Assembly (NCBI GenBank): GCA_030390025.1
Contig: JASTWF010000322.1
Location: forward strand, 248,001-312,000
Source: Squalus acanthias
Lineage: Eukaryota
Direction of reading: 5' to 3'
Length of the DNA stretch: 64,000 nt
Made by a program: the position numbers and the translations under genes. Shown here piece after piece: positions 1 to 10,999 of the stretch. The notes beneath the pieces are model-generated. The model was given only the letters and a program-made list of their open reading frames with translations, had not been told where the DNA came from and made no database searches. Position 1 is the first letter of the stretch. Each line of letters starts with the position of its first letter.

Positions 1-620
1 AGTGCAGGAGCAAGGATGTCTTGCTGCAGTTGTACAGGGCCTTGGTGAGACCACCTCTTGAGTATTGTGTGCAGTTTTGGTCGCCTTATCTGAGGAAGGA
101 TGTTCTTGCCATGGAGGGAGTGCAGCGAAGATTCACAAGGCTGATACCCGGGATGGCAGGAATGACGTATGAGGAGAGATTGGGTCGATTGGGCTTATAC
201 TCGCTGGAGTTTAGAAGAATGAGAGGGGATCTCATTGGAACTTATAAAATTCTGACAGGACTAGACAGACTAGATGCAGGAAGGATGTTCCCGATGGTGG
301 GGGAGTCCAGAACCAGGGGTCACAGTCTAAGGATAAGGGGTAAGCCATTTAGGACTGAGATGAGGAGGAATTTCTTCACCCAGAGAGTGGTGAACCTGTG
401 GAATTCTCTACCACAGAAGGCAGTTGAGGCCAATTCATTAAATATATTCAAGAAGGAGTTGGATATATTTCTTAAGGCTAAAGGTATCAAGGGATATGGG
501 GAGAAAGCAGGTACAGGGTACTGAGTTTGGATGATCAGCCATGATCGCATTGAATGGCGGAGCAGGCTCAAGGGGCCGAATGGCCTACTCCTGCTCCTAT
601 CTTCTATGTTTCTATGTTTC
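1..620 (+). mobile_element. CR1 LINE 3' fragment (ORF2 C-terminus + 3' UTR)
   Basis: ORF 21..524 reads LYRALVRP.LEYCVQFWSPY...FFTQRVVNLWNSLP, the CR1 ORF2 C-terminus. It is followed by the 3' UTR and a (TTTCTATG)n tail at about 600-620. Confidence 0.93.
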
Positions 621-769
621 TTCATTCTCCCGTGTCGCGAATGTCTATGGCGTGAATTTACAGCTGCTTCACAAGGGGGCCTGCTGTTCAGATTGCGGGA
701 GCCCATTGTGCCTGTGCCGACTCTTTGGTCGAGTTATCCCAACGGCTGGCTTGGAGTCGAACCCAGCAC

Positions 770-1850
770 AAAGGAAGGTGGTTGTGGTGGTTGTGGTGGT
801 TGAAGGTCAATCATCACAGCCCCAGGACATCGCTGCAGGAGTTCCTCAGGGTAGTGTCCCAGGCCCGACCATCTTCAGCTGCGTCATCAATGACCTTGCC
901 CCACCCCCCCCCCCCCCCCCCCACCAACATAAGGTCAGAAATGGGGATGTTCGCTGCTGACTGCACAGTGTTCAGCGCCATTCTCAACTCCTCAGATAAT
1001 GAATCAGTCCGTGCCCGCATGCAACAAGACCTGGATGACGTTCAGGCTCGGGCTGATAAGTGGCTGGTAACATTCGCGCCACACAAGTGCCAGGCAATGA
1101 CTATCTCCACCTCCACTATCTCGCCCCTTGACATTCAACGGCATTACCGTCGCCGAATCCCCCACCATCAACATCCTGGGGGGTCACCATTGACCAGAAA
1201 CTTAACTGGACCAGCCACATAAATACTGTGGCAACAAGAGCAGGTCAGAGGCTGGGTATTCTGCGGCGAGTGTCTCACCTCCTGACTCCCCAAAGCCTTT
1301 CCACCATCTACAAGGCACAAGTCAGGAGTGTGCTGGAATGCTCTCCACTTGCCTGGATGAGTCCAGCTCCAACAACACTCAAGAAGCTCGACACCATCCA
1401 GGACAAAGCAGCCCGCTTGATTGGCACCCCATCCACCACCTTAAACATTCACTCCCTCCACCACCGGCGCACCGCGGCTGCAGTGTGCACCATCTACAAG
1501 ATGCACTGCAGCAACTCGCCAAGTCTTCTTCGGCAGCACCTCCCAAACCCGCGACCTCTTCCACCTAGAAGGACAAGGGCAGCAGGCGCATGGGAACACC
1601 ACCACCTCCAAGTTCCCCTCCAAGTCCCACACTAGCCTGACTTGGAAGTATATCGGCCGTTCCTTCATCGTTGCTGGGTCAAAATCCTGGAACTCCCTCC
1701 CTAACAGCACTGTGGGAGCACCTTCACCACACGGACTGCAGCGGTTCAAGAAGGCGGCTCACCACCACCTTCTCAAGGGGCAACTAGGGATGGGCGATAA
1801 ATGCCGGCCTTGCCAGTGACACCCACATCCCATGAACGAATAAAAAACAA
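770..1850 (+). mobile_element. CR1/L2-group non-LTR retrotransposon, second family, frameshifted RT 3' fragment
   Basis: RT motifs VPQGSV and MFAADCT lie in different frames. The end is GGGATGGGC..ATAAATG..CCCACATCCC plus an A-rich tail. The same family recurs at about 18027-18515, 32810-33555 and 43463-44230. Confidence 0.85.
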
Positions 1851-1859
1851 ATAAATTAG

Positions 1860-2251
1860 TCCCATATCCCTGCAAATTTTTCCCCTTCAAGTATTTATCC
1901 AATTCCCTTTTGAAAGTTACTATTGAATCTGCTTCCACCGCCCTTTCAGGCAGCGCGTTCCAGATCACAACAATTCGCTGCGTAAAAAAAATTCTCATCT
2001 CCCCTCTGGTTCTTTTGCCGATTATCTTCAATCTGTGTCCTCTGGTTACCCACCCTCCTGCCACTGGAAACACTTTCTCCTTATTTACTCCATCAAAACC
2101 CTTCATGATTTTGAACACCTCCATTAAATCTCCTCTTAACCTTCTCTGCTCTAAGGAGAACAACCCCAGCTTCTCCAGTCTCTCCACATCACTGAAGTCC
2201 CTCATCCCTGGTACCATTCTGGTCAATCTCCCCCTTAACCTTCTCTGCTCT
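1860..2251 (-). mobile_element. CR1 LINE ORF2 3' fragment
   Basis: ORF 1759..2505 includes LEKLGLFSLEQRRLRGDLMEVFKIMKG...FFTQRIVVIWNALPE. Confidence 0.85.
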
Positions 2252-2906
2252 AAGAAAGAAAGACTTGCATTTCTATAGCGCCTTTCACGACCACTGGATG
2301 TCCAAAAGTGCTTTACAGCCAATGAATGTAAGAACATAAGAATTAGGAGCAGGAGTCGGCCACACGGCCCCTCGAGCCTCCACCGCCATTCAACGAGATC
2401 ATGGCTGATCTTCGACCTCAATTCCACTCTCCGGCAAGAAGTACTTTTTGAAGTGTGGTCACTGTTGTAATGTGGAAAACGTGTCAGCCAATTTGCGCAC
2501 AGCAAGCTCCCACAAACAGCAATGTGATGATGACCAGATCATCTGTTTTTGTTATGTTGGTTGAGGGATAAATATTGGCCCCAGGACACCGGGGAGAACT
2601 CCCCCCCTGCTCTTCTTCCAATAGTGGCCGTGGGATCTTTTACGTCTACCTGAGAGGACAGACGGTGCCTCGGTTTAACGTCTCGTCCGAAAGACGGCAC
2701 CTCCGACAGTGCGGCACTCCCTCAGTACTGGCACCGGGGAGTGTGGGCCTGGATTATGGGGCTCGAGTCCTAAAGTATATACGTCTACCTCCGACAGTGC
2801 AGCGCGCCCTCAGTACTGGCACCGGGGAGTGTGGGCCTGGATTATGTGGCTCGAGTCCTAGAGTATATACATCTACCTCCGACAGTGCAGCGCTCCCTCA
2901 GTACTG
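2252..2906 (-). mobile_element. Deu-domain SINE (SacSINE1-like) with 88-bp VNTR, 5'-truncated, interrupted by a short CR1 3' end (about 2330-2435)
   Basis: The reverse complement carries the Deu core GTGCCGTCTTTCGGA..ACGTTAAACCGAGG..GACGTAAAAGATCCCACGG. About 2 VNTR units lie at 2704-2906. Confidence 0.8.
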
Positions 2907-3318
2907 CACTAAGGAGAACAACCCCAGCTTCTCAAGTCCCTCCACATCACTGGTACCATTCTGGTCAATCTCCCCTTAACCTTCTCTGCTCCAAGGAGAA
3001 CAATCCCAGCTTCTCCAGTCTCTCCACATCACTGAAGTCCCTCATCCCTGGTCCCATTCTGGTCAATCTCCCCCTTAACCTTCTCTGCTCCATGGAGAAC
3101 AATCCCAGCTTCTCCAGTCTCTCCACATCACTGAAGTCCTTCATCCCTGGTACCATTCTGGTCAATCTCCCCCTTAACCTTCTCTGCTCTAAGGAGAACA
3201 ACCCCAGCTGCTCCAGTCTCTCCACATCATTGAAGTGCTTCATCCCTGGTACCATTCTGGTCAATCTCCTCTCAATCTTCTCTGCTCCAAGGAGAACAAC
3301 CCCAGCTTCTCCAGTCTC
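2907..3318 (-). repeat. Tandem array of a 90-bp unit from CR1 ORF2
   Basis: About 4.5 copies translate as RLTRMVPGM.DFSDVERLEKLGLFSLEQRRLRG. The same unit occurs at about 2140-2250 and 52925-53115. Confidence 0.85.
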
Positions 3319-3649
3319 TTTAACATCCCCCTGAGAGGGCAGACGGGGCCTCCGACAGTGCATGCGGTCCAGCTGTGGACTTCACCCTCAACCTTAAAGG
3401 GACTGACCCGAGGACACATGAAGACAGTGGTTCTGCCTGTCCCAGGATAACGAGGAGAGACCGGGACTAATTCCCACAGGCGAAGAGGAATGAAGCGCTT
3501 TTTAAATTAGGGAAGGCTTTGATAGGGTTAGAGAGATGGCAATGATGGATCATCAAGGGGACGGGTTAGCAGAAACTTTATTCCGTGCAGGATTATGGAA
3601 GAAGGGAATGTTTTAATACAGGGAGAGGTTAAGGGGAAACCATTGCATG

Positions 3650-5463
3650 TTCTATGGGGAGAGAGCGGGGCAGTGGGATAAGTTTGGGGATTGATACAGG
3701 GCTATGGGGGGACAGTGGGGCAGTGGGATTAGTTTGGGGATTGATACAGGGCTATGGGGAGAGAGCGGGGCAGTGGGATTAGTTTGGGATTGATACAGGG
3801 CCATGGTGAGAGAACGGGGCAGTGGGATTAGTTTGGGGATTGATACAGGGCTATGGGGAGAGAGCGGGGCAGTCGGATTAGTTTGGGGATTGATACAGGG
3901 CTATGGGGAGAGAGCCGGGCAGTGGGATTAGTTTGAGGATTGCTACAGGGCTATGGGGAGAGAGCGGGGCAGTGGGATTAGTTTGGGGATTGATACAGGG
4001 CTGTGGGGAGAGAGCGGGGCTGTGCGATTAGTTTGAGGGATGATACAGGGCTATGGGGAGAGAGTGGGGCAGTGGGATTCGTTTGGGATTGATACAGGGC
4101 TATGGGGAGAGAGCGGGGTAGTGGGGTTAGTTTGAGGTTTGAAACAGGGCTATGGGGTGAGAGCGGGGCAGCGGGATTAGTTTGGGATTGGCAAGGCTAT
4201 GGGGAGAGAGCAGGGCAGTGGGATTAGTTTGTGGATTGACACAGGGCCATGCGGAGAGAGCGGGGCAGTGGGATTAGTTTGGGGTTTGATCCAGGGCTAT
4301 GGGGAGAGAGCGGGGCAGTGGGATTAGTTTGGGATTGATACAGGTCTATGGGGTGAGAGCCGGGCAGTGGGATTAGTTTGGGGATTGAAACGGCTATGGG
4401 AAGTAAACGGGGCAGTGGGACTAGTTTGGGAATTGATACAGGGCTATGGGGAGAGAGCGGGCCAGTGGGATTTAGTTTGGGGATTCATGCAGGGCTATGG
4501 GGAGAGAGCGGGGCAGTGGGATTAGTTTGGGAATTGATACAGGGCTATGCGGAGAGAGCCGGGGCAGTGGGATTAGTTTGGCATTGATACAGGGCTATGG
4601 GGAGAGAGCGGGGCAGTTGGATAAGTTTGGTGATTGATACAGGGTTATGGGTGAGTGCAGGGCAGTGCGATTAGTTTGGGGATTGATACAGGGCTATGGG
4701 GAGAGAGCGGGGCAGTGGGATTAGTTTGGGAATTGATACAGGGCTATGGGGAGAGAGCGGGGCAGTGGGATTAGTGTGGGATTGACACAGGGCCATGGGG
4801 AGAGAGCGGGGCAGTGGGATTAGTTTGGGGATTAATACAGGGCTCTGGGGAGAGTGCGAGGCAGTGGGATTAGTTTGGGAAATGATACAGGGCTATGGGG
4901 AGAGAGCGGGGCAGTGGGATTAGTTCGGGATTGACACAGGGCTATGGGGAGAGAGCAGGGCAGTGGGATTAGTTTGGGGATTGATACAGGGCTATGGTGA
5001 GAGAGCGGGGCAGTGTGATTATTTTGGGGGTTGATACAGGGCAATGGGGAGTGTGCAGGGCAGTGGGATTAGATTGGGGATTGATACAGGGCTATGGGGA
5101 GAGAGCGTGGCAGTGGGATTAGTTTGTGAAATGGTACAGGGCTATGGGGAGAGAGTGCGGCTCTGGGATTAGTTTCTGATTGACACAAGGCTATGGGGAG
5201 AGAACGGGGCAGTGGGATTAGTTTGGGAATTGATACAGGGCTATGGGGAGAGAGGGGGGCAGTGGGATTAGTTTGGGGATTGATACAGGGCTATGGGGAG
5301 AGAGCGGGGCAGTGGGATTAGTTTGGGATTGATACAGGGCCATGGTGAGAGAACGGGGCAGTGGGATTAGTTTGGGGATTGATACAGGGCTATGGGGAGA
5401 GAGCGGGGCAGTCGGATTAGTTTGGGGATTGATACAGGGCTATGGGGAGAGAGCGGGCAGTGG
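3650..5463 (+). repeat. G-rich 49-50 bp minisatellite (about 36 copies), running into the gap
   Basis: Unit GATACAGGGCTATGGGGAGAGAGCGGGGCAGTGGGATTAGTTTGGGGATT. It resembles the end of CR1 ORF2 (compare 17258-17305 and 53530-53573). Confidence 0.95.
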
Positions 5464-5663
5464 NNNNNNNNNNNNNNNNNNNNNNNNNNNNNNNNNNNNN
5501 NNNNNNNNNNNNNNNNNNNNNNNNNNNNNNNNNNNNNNNNNNNNNNNNNNNNNNNNNNNNNNNNNNNNNNNNNNNNNNNNNNNNNNNNNNNNNNNNNNNN
5601 NNNNNNNNNNNNNNNNNNNNNNNNNNNNNNNNNNNNNNNNNNNNNNNNNNNNNNNNNNNNNNN
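5464..5663. other. Assembly gap
   Basis: 200 consecutive N. Confidence 1.
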
Positions 5664-5818
5664 CTCTCTCTCCCCTCTCTCTCTCTCTCTCTCTCCCCCC
5701 TCTGTAATCTGGTTGAGTGGTCCTGATGGAGTGCTGAGATGCGAAGATTCCTGTGTTGTTGTCGTGTTTGATGAATCTCTCTCTCTCTGTCCCTCCCTCC
5801 CTCGTTCCCTCTCTCCAG

Positions 5819-6032
5819 GCGTGGAGGCAACCTCTCCTTCACCACCCGAATCACCCGACGAGTGCTGCAGGTCGAGGGCTCGCTGGAAAACTCAGACGAG
5901 GAGACGGAGAGCCGAGACGGAGACGCCAGTGGCCAGCAGACACCCTGCCCAGACGCCGGGGCAGCAGATACCGGCCCAGCAGCCTCCGCCCGCGCTGGGG
6001 GAGTAAACCAGAGCACCGGGGCCGCTGTCTGA
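5819..6032 (+). CDS. Terminal coding exon of a non-muscle myosin II heavy chain (MYH10/MYH14-like non-helical tailpiece)
   Basis: A long polypyrimidine tract ends in cag at 5816-5818. Then G|CGT GGA GGC... translates (R)RGGNLSFTTRITRRVLQVEGSLENSDEETESRDGDASGQQTPCPDAGAADTGPAASARAGGVNQSTGAAV*, with TGA at 6030-6032. From memory this matches the tailpieces of MYH10 (RRGGPISFSSSRSGRRQL..EGASLELSDDDTESK) and MYH14 (RRGPLTFTTR..SDEE). The paralog is not resolved. Confidence 0.85.
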
Positions 6033-6249
6033 CCCCCGACCTCCCCCCCTCCCCCCGACATCCCCCCCCCCCCCCCCCCCCCCCCTCCATACACCATCAA
6101 CAACCAATCACAGGGCCCCGTCACTCACCGCATGCGTGTGTGTGTTTGTGTGGAGCTCCTACAGTCAAACAGCCGCGGCACGGTTTATTCGCGGTGGAAG
6201 GGAACAAACAGCTTTTCACAAAGTGGGAGACTTAATCCTCGCTCAGCAT

Positions 6250-6375
6250 TCTCTCTGTCTCTGTCTCTCTCTGTCTCTCTCTCTCTCTCTGTCTCTCTCT
6301 CTCTGTCTCTCTCTCTCTGTCTCTCTCTCTCTCTGTCTCTCTCTGTCTCTGTCTCTCTGTCTCTGTCTCTCTCTG

Positions 6376-6407
<32 letters not shown>

Positions 6408-6427
6408 TCTCTGTCTCTCTCTCTCTG

Positions 6428-6461
<34 letters not shown>

Positions 6462-6636
6462 TGTCTCTCTCTCTCTCTCTCTGTCTCTGTCTCTCTCTGT
6501 CTCTCTCTGATCTCTCTTGATCTCTCTCTCTCGCGCTGTCTCTCTCTCTCTCTGTCTCTCTCTCTCTCTCGCTCTCTCTGTCTCTCTCTCTCTCTCGCGC
6601 TGTCTCTCTCTCTCTCTCTCTGTCTGTCTCTCTCTT
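6250..6636. repeat. (CT)n/(CTGT)n compound microsatellite
   Basis: Directly visible; lies in the presumed myosin 3' UTR. Confidence 0.97.
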
Positions 6637-7302
6637 TCAATCCCTGAGCAGGTAGTTTTAAAACCCTCTCTCACAGCCCACACGGCTGTCTGGGACCTTC
6701 CCTCCCCTCCCCTCCCCTCCCCACACCTTGTCCCGGGGTGGGGGGGGGTGGAAAGAGGGCTGGAGAATGACCCCCTGATCGCACAGCCGCCATCAGTGCC
6801 GAAGGTGATCCTGCGAGACAGGAACCAAGCCCACACTCTCTCCCTCTCAACGCGTCTCCACGGAAACCCCGGGCTGGCGGGAGAGAAAGCGAGGGCTGGG
6901 GTCTGCGCCTTCCCCTGGGGTCTGGAGGGGTGGGGGGCTCCCACAGTGCACTGAGAGGCAGCGGGCTGTGTCTGGCAGTGTTTATAAACCGCGCTTTTTG
7001 ATTTCCTGGGACCTGGACTTTAGATATTAGACTCGAACGTTAACCCTGGGGAAGGGAGGAGGGGAGAGGACGGGGAGCAGAGGGGTGGAGAGGAGAGGGA
7101 GAGGAGAAGTCTCCACTCCACTTCCTCCCCACTCTCCCAAAAGGTGCCAGGCCATGCTCCCATATTCCCCTCCCCACCCCGGTGCCCATTCTCCACGTTT
7201 TGGCACCCCGAGCGTCGGTGGCTATTCGACTATGGCGGGCGGCGCAGGCCTCCCACCCAGGCCCAGAGGGATCTCCCACTGACCTGTGATCAGGACCCTA
7301 AC

Positions 7303-7455
7303 CAGTGTTCCCTTTTTTAAAAGGGGGGTGGGCGCGAGGCCCGTTTAAGGGGCAGAGCGGCCCACTCGAATCTCCGCGCGCACGCTCAGTGGTTTTTCCC
7401 CCCAATGTAAAGCCGGGGGAGCGCCAGACCGCTGCCCAGCTGCTAGGGAACGTTG
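7303..7455. mobile_element. Short hAT-like non-autonomous element (MITE)
   Basis: Ends CAGTGTTCCCT ... AGGGAACGTTG form imperfect TIRs. Flanks ACCCTAAC / ACCCTTGA look like a degenerate 8-bp TSD. Confidence 0.5.
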
Positions 7456-7624
7456 ACCCTTGACTCCCAAACCCTAACCTTCCGCCTCCCGTTTTTAAAT
7501 TTTAAAAAAAGGGAAGATTTTGCCCGAACTCTTAAGGTGCACTTTAAGTGGAGATCGGATTGGCGACCGTTTCATCCAGGAGCAAAGTGGCTGGTCTCCA
7601 CGGGTATGGGTGGAGCGATGAAGG

Positions 7625-8211
7625 ATAGAAAGGCTTGCATCTATATAGCGCCACCTCAGAACAACCCGAAGCCAATGAAGTACTTTTTTCGAAGTGCAGT
7701 CGCTGCTGTAATGTGGGAAACGCGGCAGCCAGTTTGCGCACAGCAAGCTCCCACAAACAGCAATGTGATAATGACCAGATCATCAGTTTTTTTTAGTGAT
7801 GTTGGTTGAGGGATAAATATTGGGCCCCAGGACACCGGGGAGAACTCCCCCCTGCTCTTCTTCCAATAGTGGCCACGGGATCTTTTACGTCCACCTGAGG
7901 GGGCAGACGGGGCCTCGGTTTAACGTCTCGTCCAAAAGACGGCACCTGCGACAGTGCAGCGCTCCCTCAGTACTGGCACCGGGGAGTGTGGGCCTGGATT
8001 ATGGAGCTCGAGTCCTAGAGTATATACATCTACCTCCGACAGTGCAGCGCTCCCTCAGTACTGGCACCGGGGAGTGTGGGCCTGGATTATGGAGCTCGAG
8101 TCCGAGAGTATTTACATCTACCTCCGACAGTGCAGCGCTCCCTCAGTACTGGCACCGGGGAGTGTGGGCCTGGATTATGGAGCTCGAGTCCGAGAGTATT
8201 TACATCTACCT
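7625..8211 (-). mobile_element. Deu-domain SINE with about 3 VNTR units, 5'-truncated
   Basis: Tail, Deu core and 88-bp units (7950-8211) have the same layout as the 33668-34952 copy. Confidence 0.85.
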
Positions 8212-8973
8212 GGGGGGGCAGCCGCGCTGATATATCAAGCAGTCCCTCTACAAGGCAATGGGGCGTGTCTGAAGCCAGCCAGCCTCGTTCCATCTACCGC
8301 ATGAACCCTCTCTTCCCCCCCCCCCCCCCCCCCCCCGACTCTCTCCGAGGGTCAGTCTTCCCTACGGTGCACACGGGGCTGCAGGGACCCCCTCCACCCC
8401 CGATCAAACTGCATGCCTCCCCCCCCAACCCTGCTTCCTCCGGGAGTGAGGGACCCTTCAGATTGCCCCCCCCCACCCCCACCCAATGCACGCACGCACT
8501 GCGAGTTAGAGAGCTTCGAGTGCGGCCCATTCCCCAATGAGGCCCTGGGGTGACCAGAGCAATCTCGTTCACTCTAAGCAGCCCATCCTCATCCCCACCC
8601 CACCAGACTGCCGTCACCCGGGAACCGGAATTAAAACAGAGCCTGTCGCACAGACGCGGCACACAGATATCAGACGCGCGCACACAGACTCAGGCACACA
8701 CACACACAGACGCGCACACAGACGCATGTGCTCAGACACGCGCGCACAGACACACACTCTCACAGATTGAGAGTACTCGGAGATCGGTAACCTCGCTGGA
8801 TTGCTAGTGCCTGGTCTCGCTCTCTCTCTCTCCGGCCCCCGCCCCCCTCCCCTCCCCTCCCTTCCCTTCCCTTCATGTCTCTGTTTCTCCTCCTCCAATG
8901 GCCTTCTATGTTTTATTTTATATTGTAATTACACGGATTCTCTGTAAGCGGAGTTGCATTTTTAAAAATGACA

Positions 8974-8979
8974 ATTAAA
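8974..8979 (+). terminator. Candidate poly(A) signal (ATTAAA) of the myosin gene
   Basis: ATTAAA is preceded by a U-rich tract and followed by GTCGTGAGTTTTTTTTGG. It sits at the end of the unique sequence downstream of the myosin stop. Confidence 0.35.
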
Positions 8980-9074
8980 CGGATCGACCAAGGTGCTCTT
9001 GTCGTGAGTTTTTTTTGGCGGTGGGGGGAGGGCGTTCCCGCTGTCCGCCCATGTCAAGAGGGCGACGGCCTAAT

Positions 9075-9450
9075 CTGCGCACAGCAAGATCCCACAATTA
9101 GCAATGTGGCGATGCACAGCTAATCTGTCTTTTTTGTAAGTGATATGGGTTGAGGGATAAATATTGGGCCCCAGGACACCGGGGAGAACTCCCCCCTGCT
9201 CTTCTTCGAAATAGTGGCCAGGGGATCTTTTACGTCCACCTGAGAGGGCAGACGGGGCCCTCGGTTTAACGTCTCATCTGAAAGACGGCACCTCAGACAG
9301 TGCATCGCTCCCTCAGTACTGGCACCGGGGAGTGTGGGCCTGGATTATGGGGCTCGAGTCCTAGAGTATATACATCTACCTCCGACAGTGCAGCGCTCCC
9401 TCAGTACTGGCACCGGGGAGTGTGGGCCTGGATTATGGGGCTCGAGTCCA
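9075..9450 (-). mobile_element. Deu-domain SINE fragment with VNTR
   Basis: Deu core at about 9150-9295, then about 1.7 VNTR units. Confidence 0.8.
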
Positions 9451-9613
9451 ATTAAGTGAATCTTCGTTGCCCCCCCTTCCAAGGCAAATATATCCTTCCT
9501 TAGGTAAGGAGAGCAAAATCGACCTCTACAAGGGTCGGGGAGGGTCCGCAGTTCGAGCTGGGGCCAGAAATACGACGCACACACACACACCTGGATCAAT
9601 CATAGGACGCGGT

Positions 9614-9619
9614 TTTATT
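9614..9619 (-). terminator. Poly(A) signal AATAAA of zinc-finger gene 1
   Basis: TTTATT on the + strand, about 625 nt past the stop codon. A GU-rich element (GTGTGTGTGTGCG) lies about 25-40 nt downstream on the minus strand. Confidence 0.65.
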
Positions 9620-9889
9620 CAAACAGGCCTCTTTGTCTCTCTCTCGCTCACGGCCGTGAATGAGCTAAACCGACTGGACAGCGGAGAACTGCAGACCGGG
9701 TCCCCGGAGAGCCGAGAGTGGGGTAAAGATGGCCTCGGAGTCAGCTCGCGTTCCAACTGATCATCGCTCTCGGAGCAGCGGTGAAGCTAGCGGAGTTTCT
9801 ATCGATTGTGGGGAAAGTCTTGCATGGGGCACGCACTTCCTGTTCGCAGTCCTTACTTCCTCCTGTCACACCTTGTTGGTGACGCTTTT

Positions 9890-10130
9890 GAATCGCGCCA
9901 GACGTAACTGGATCGCGCCAGACGTTAATGGATTGCTCCAGACGTTACCGGATCTCTCCAGGCGTTACCGGATCACGCCAGACGTTAATGGACCAGCCCA
10001 GATGTAACCGGATCGCTCCAGGCGTTAATGGACCAGGCCAGACGTAACCAAATCTCTCCAGACGTTACCGGATCTCTCCAGACGTTAATGGACCAGGCCA
10101 GACGTTACCGGATCTCTCCAGACTTTAATG
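9890..10130. repeat. About 20-bp tandem repeat in the zinc-finger gene 1 3' UTR
   Basis: GACGTTACCGGATCTCTCCA and GACGTTAATGGACCAGGCCA variants alternate; about 12 units. Confidence 0.85.
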
Positions 10131-10243
10131 AATCACTGCTGTCGTCCTTCCCGCTGGTGGGGGTCTCGGGGGTGGGGGTCTCTGGGGTGGGGGGGGGGGG
10201 GGTCGTGTCGGAGACGGCGGGGGAATGAGCGGAGACGCGGCGC

Positions 10244-10819
10244 TCACTGGGGCAGCAGGGCCGCGCCATGCCGGGAGCGCTGGTGCGCCAGCAGGTTGTA
10301 GGAGCGGTTGAAGCCGCGGGGGCAGGCGGTGCAGCGGTACGGCCGCTCGCCGGTGTGGGTGCTCTGGTGCTGCACCAGGTTATAGGAGCAGCCAAAGCTG
10401 CGGCCGCACAGCGAGCAGGCGAAGGGCCGGCGCCCGGCGTGGGCCGCGCGGTGGCGCTCCAGGTGCGCGGCGCAGGTGAAGGCTTTGCCGCACAGCCGGC
10501 AGGGGAAGGGCCGCTCGCCGGTGTGGCTGCGCTGGTGGGCAGCCAGGTTGAAGGACTGGCCGAAGGCCTTGCCGCAGAGCGTGCAGAGGAACGGCCGCTC
10601 ACCACCGTGCGTCCGGCGGTGCCGGGCCAGGTTGGACGCGCTCTTCAGCCGCTTGCCGCAGACGGCACAGGGAAAGGGACGCTCCTCGCTGTGGCTGGGC
10701 TGGTGGGAGGGCTGGAGGAAGCTCCGGTTGCTATCGCCGCCCGCCGCGGGCTCCTCCTCCCGTGCTGCCGCCCCCTCTCCCACGGGGGGTCCCTGGTCAG
10801 CCGGGGGAGGGTCAGCCAT
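10244..10819 (-). CDS. C2H2 zinc-finger protein 1 (5 tandem fingers, 191 aa from the ATG)
   Basis: Five CxxC..HxxxH-type fingers with TGERPF/Y-type linkers; intact GC-rich ORF; ATG at 10819 (ccgATGG). Splice acceptor ttttccccgtttcttttgcag lies upstream, so the exon starts at 10873. Confidence 0.9.
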   Translation of the reverse strand: MADPPPADQGPPVGEGAAAREEEPAAGGDSNRSFLQPSHQPSHSEERPFPCAVCGKRLKSASNLARHRRTHGGERPFLCTLCGKAFGQSFNLAAHQRSHTGERPFPCRLCGKAFTCAAHLERHRAAHAGRRPFACSLCGRSFGCSYNLVQHQSTHTGERPYRCTACPRGFNRSYNLLAHQRSRHGAALLPQ

Positions 10820-10999
10820 CGGGCGCGCGGGGGGAAAAGAGAGAGGACGGGGAAACGTGGAGAAAGAAACTTCCTGCAAAAGAAACGGGGAAAAACAACA
10901 CGCGGTTAGATTCGATCCGCAACCGGGTGGATATTCGACTGGGGAGGCATCGCGAAACGGGCGTTATCGCCCGTCACACGCCCCCCCTCCCTCCCTGTG

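Noticed and set aside
5392..6235. ORF-track entries spanning or next to the gap
   Set aside because: They run through Ns or use the wrong frame; the supported frame is the spliced myosin exon at 5819-6032.
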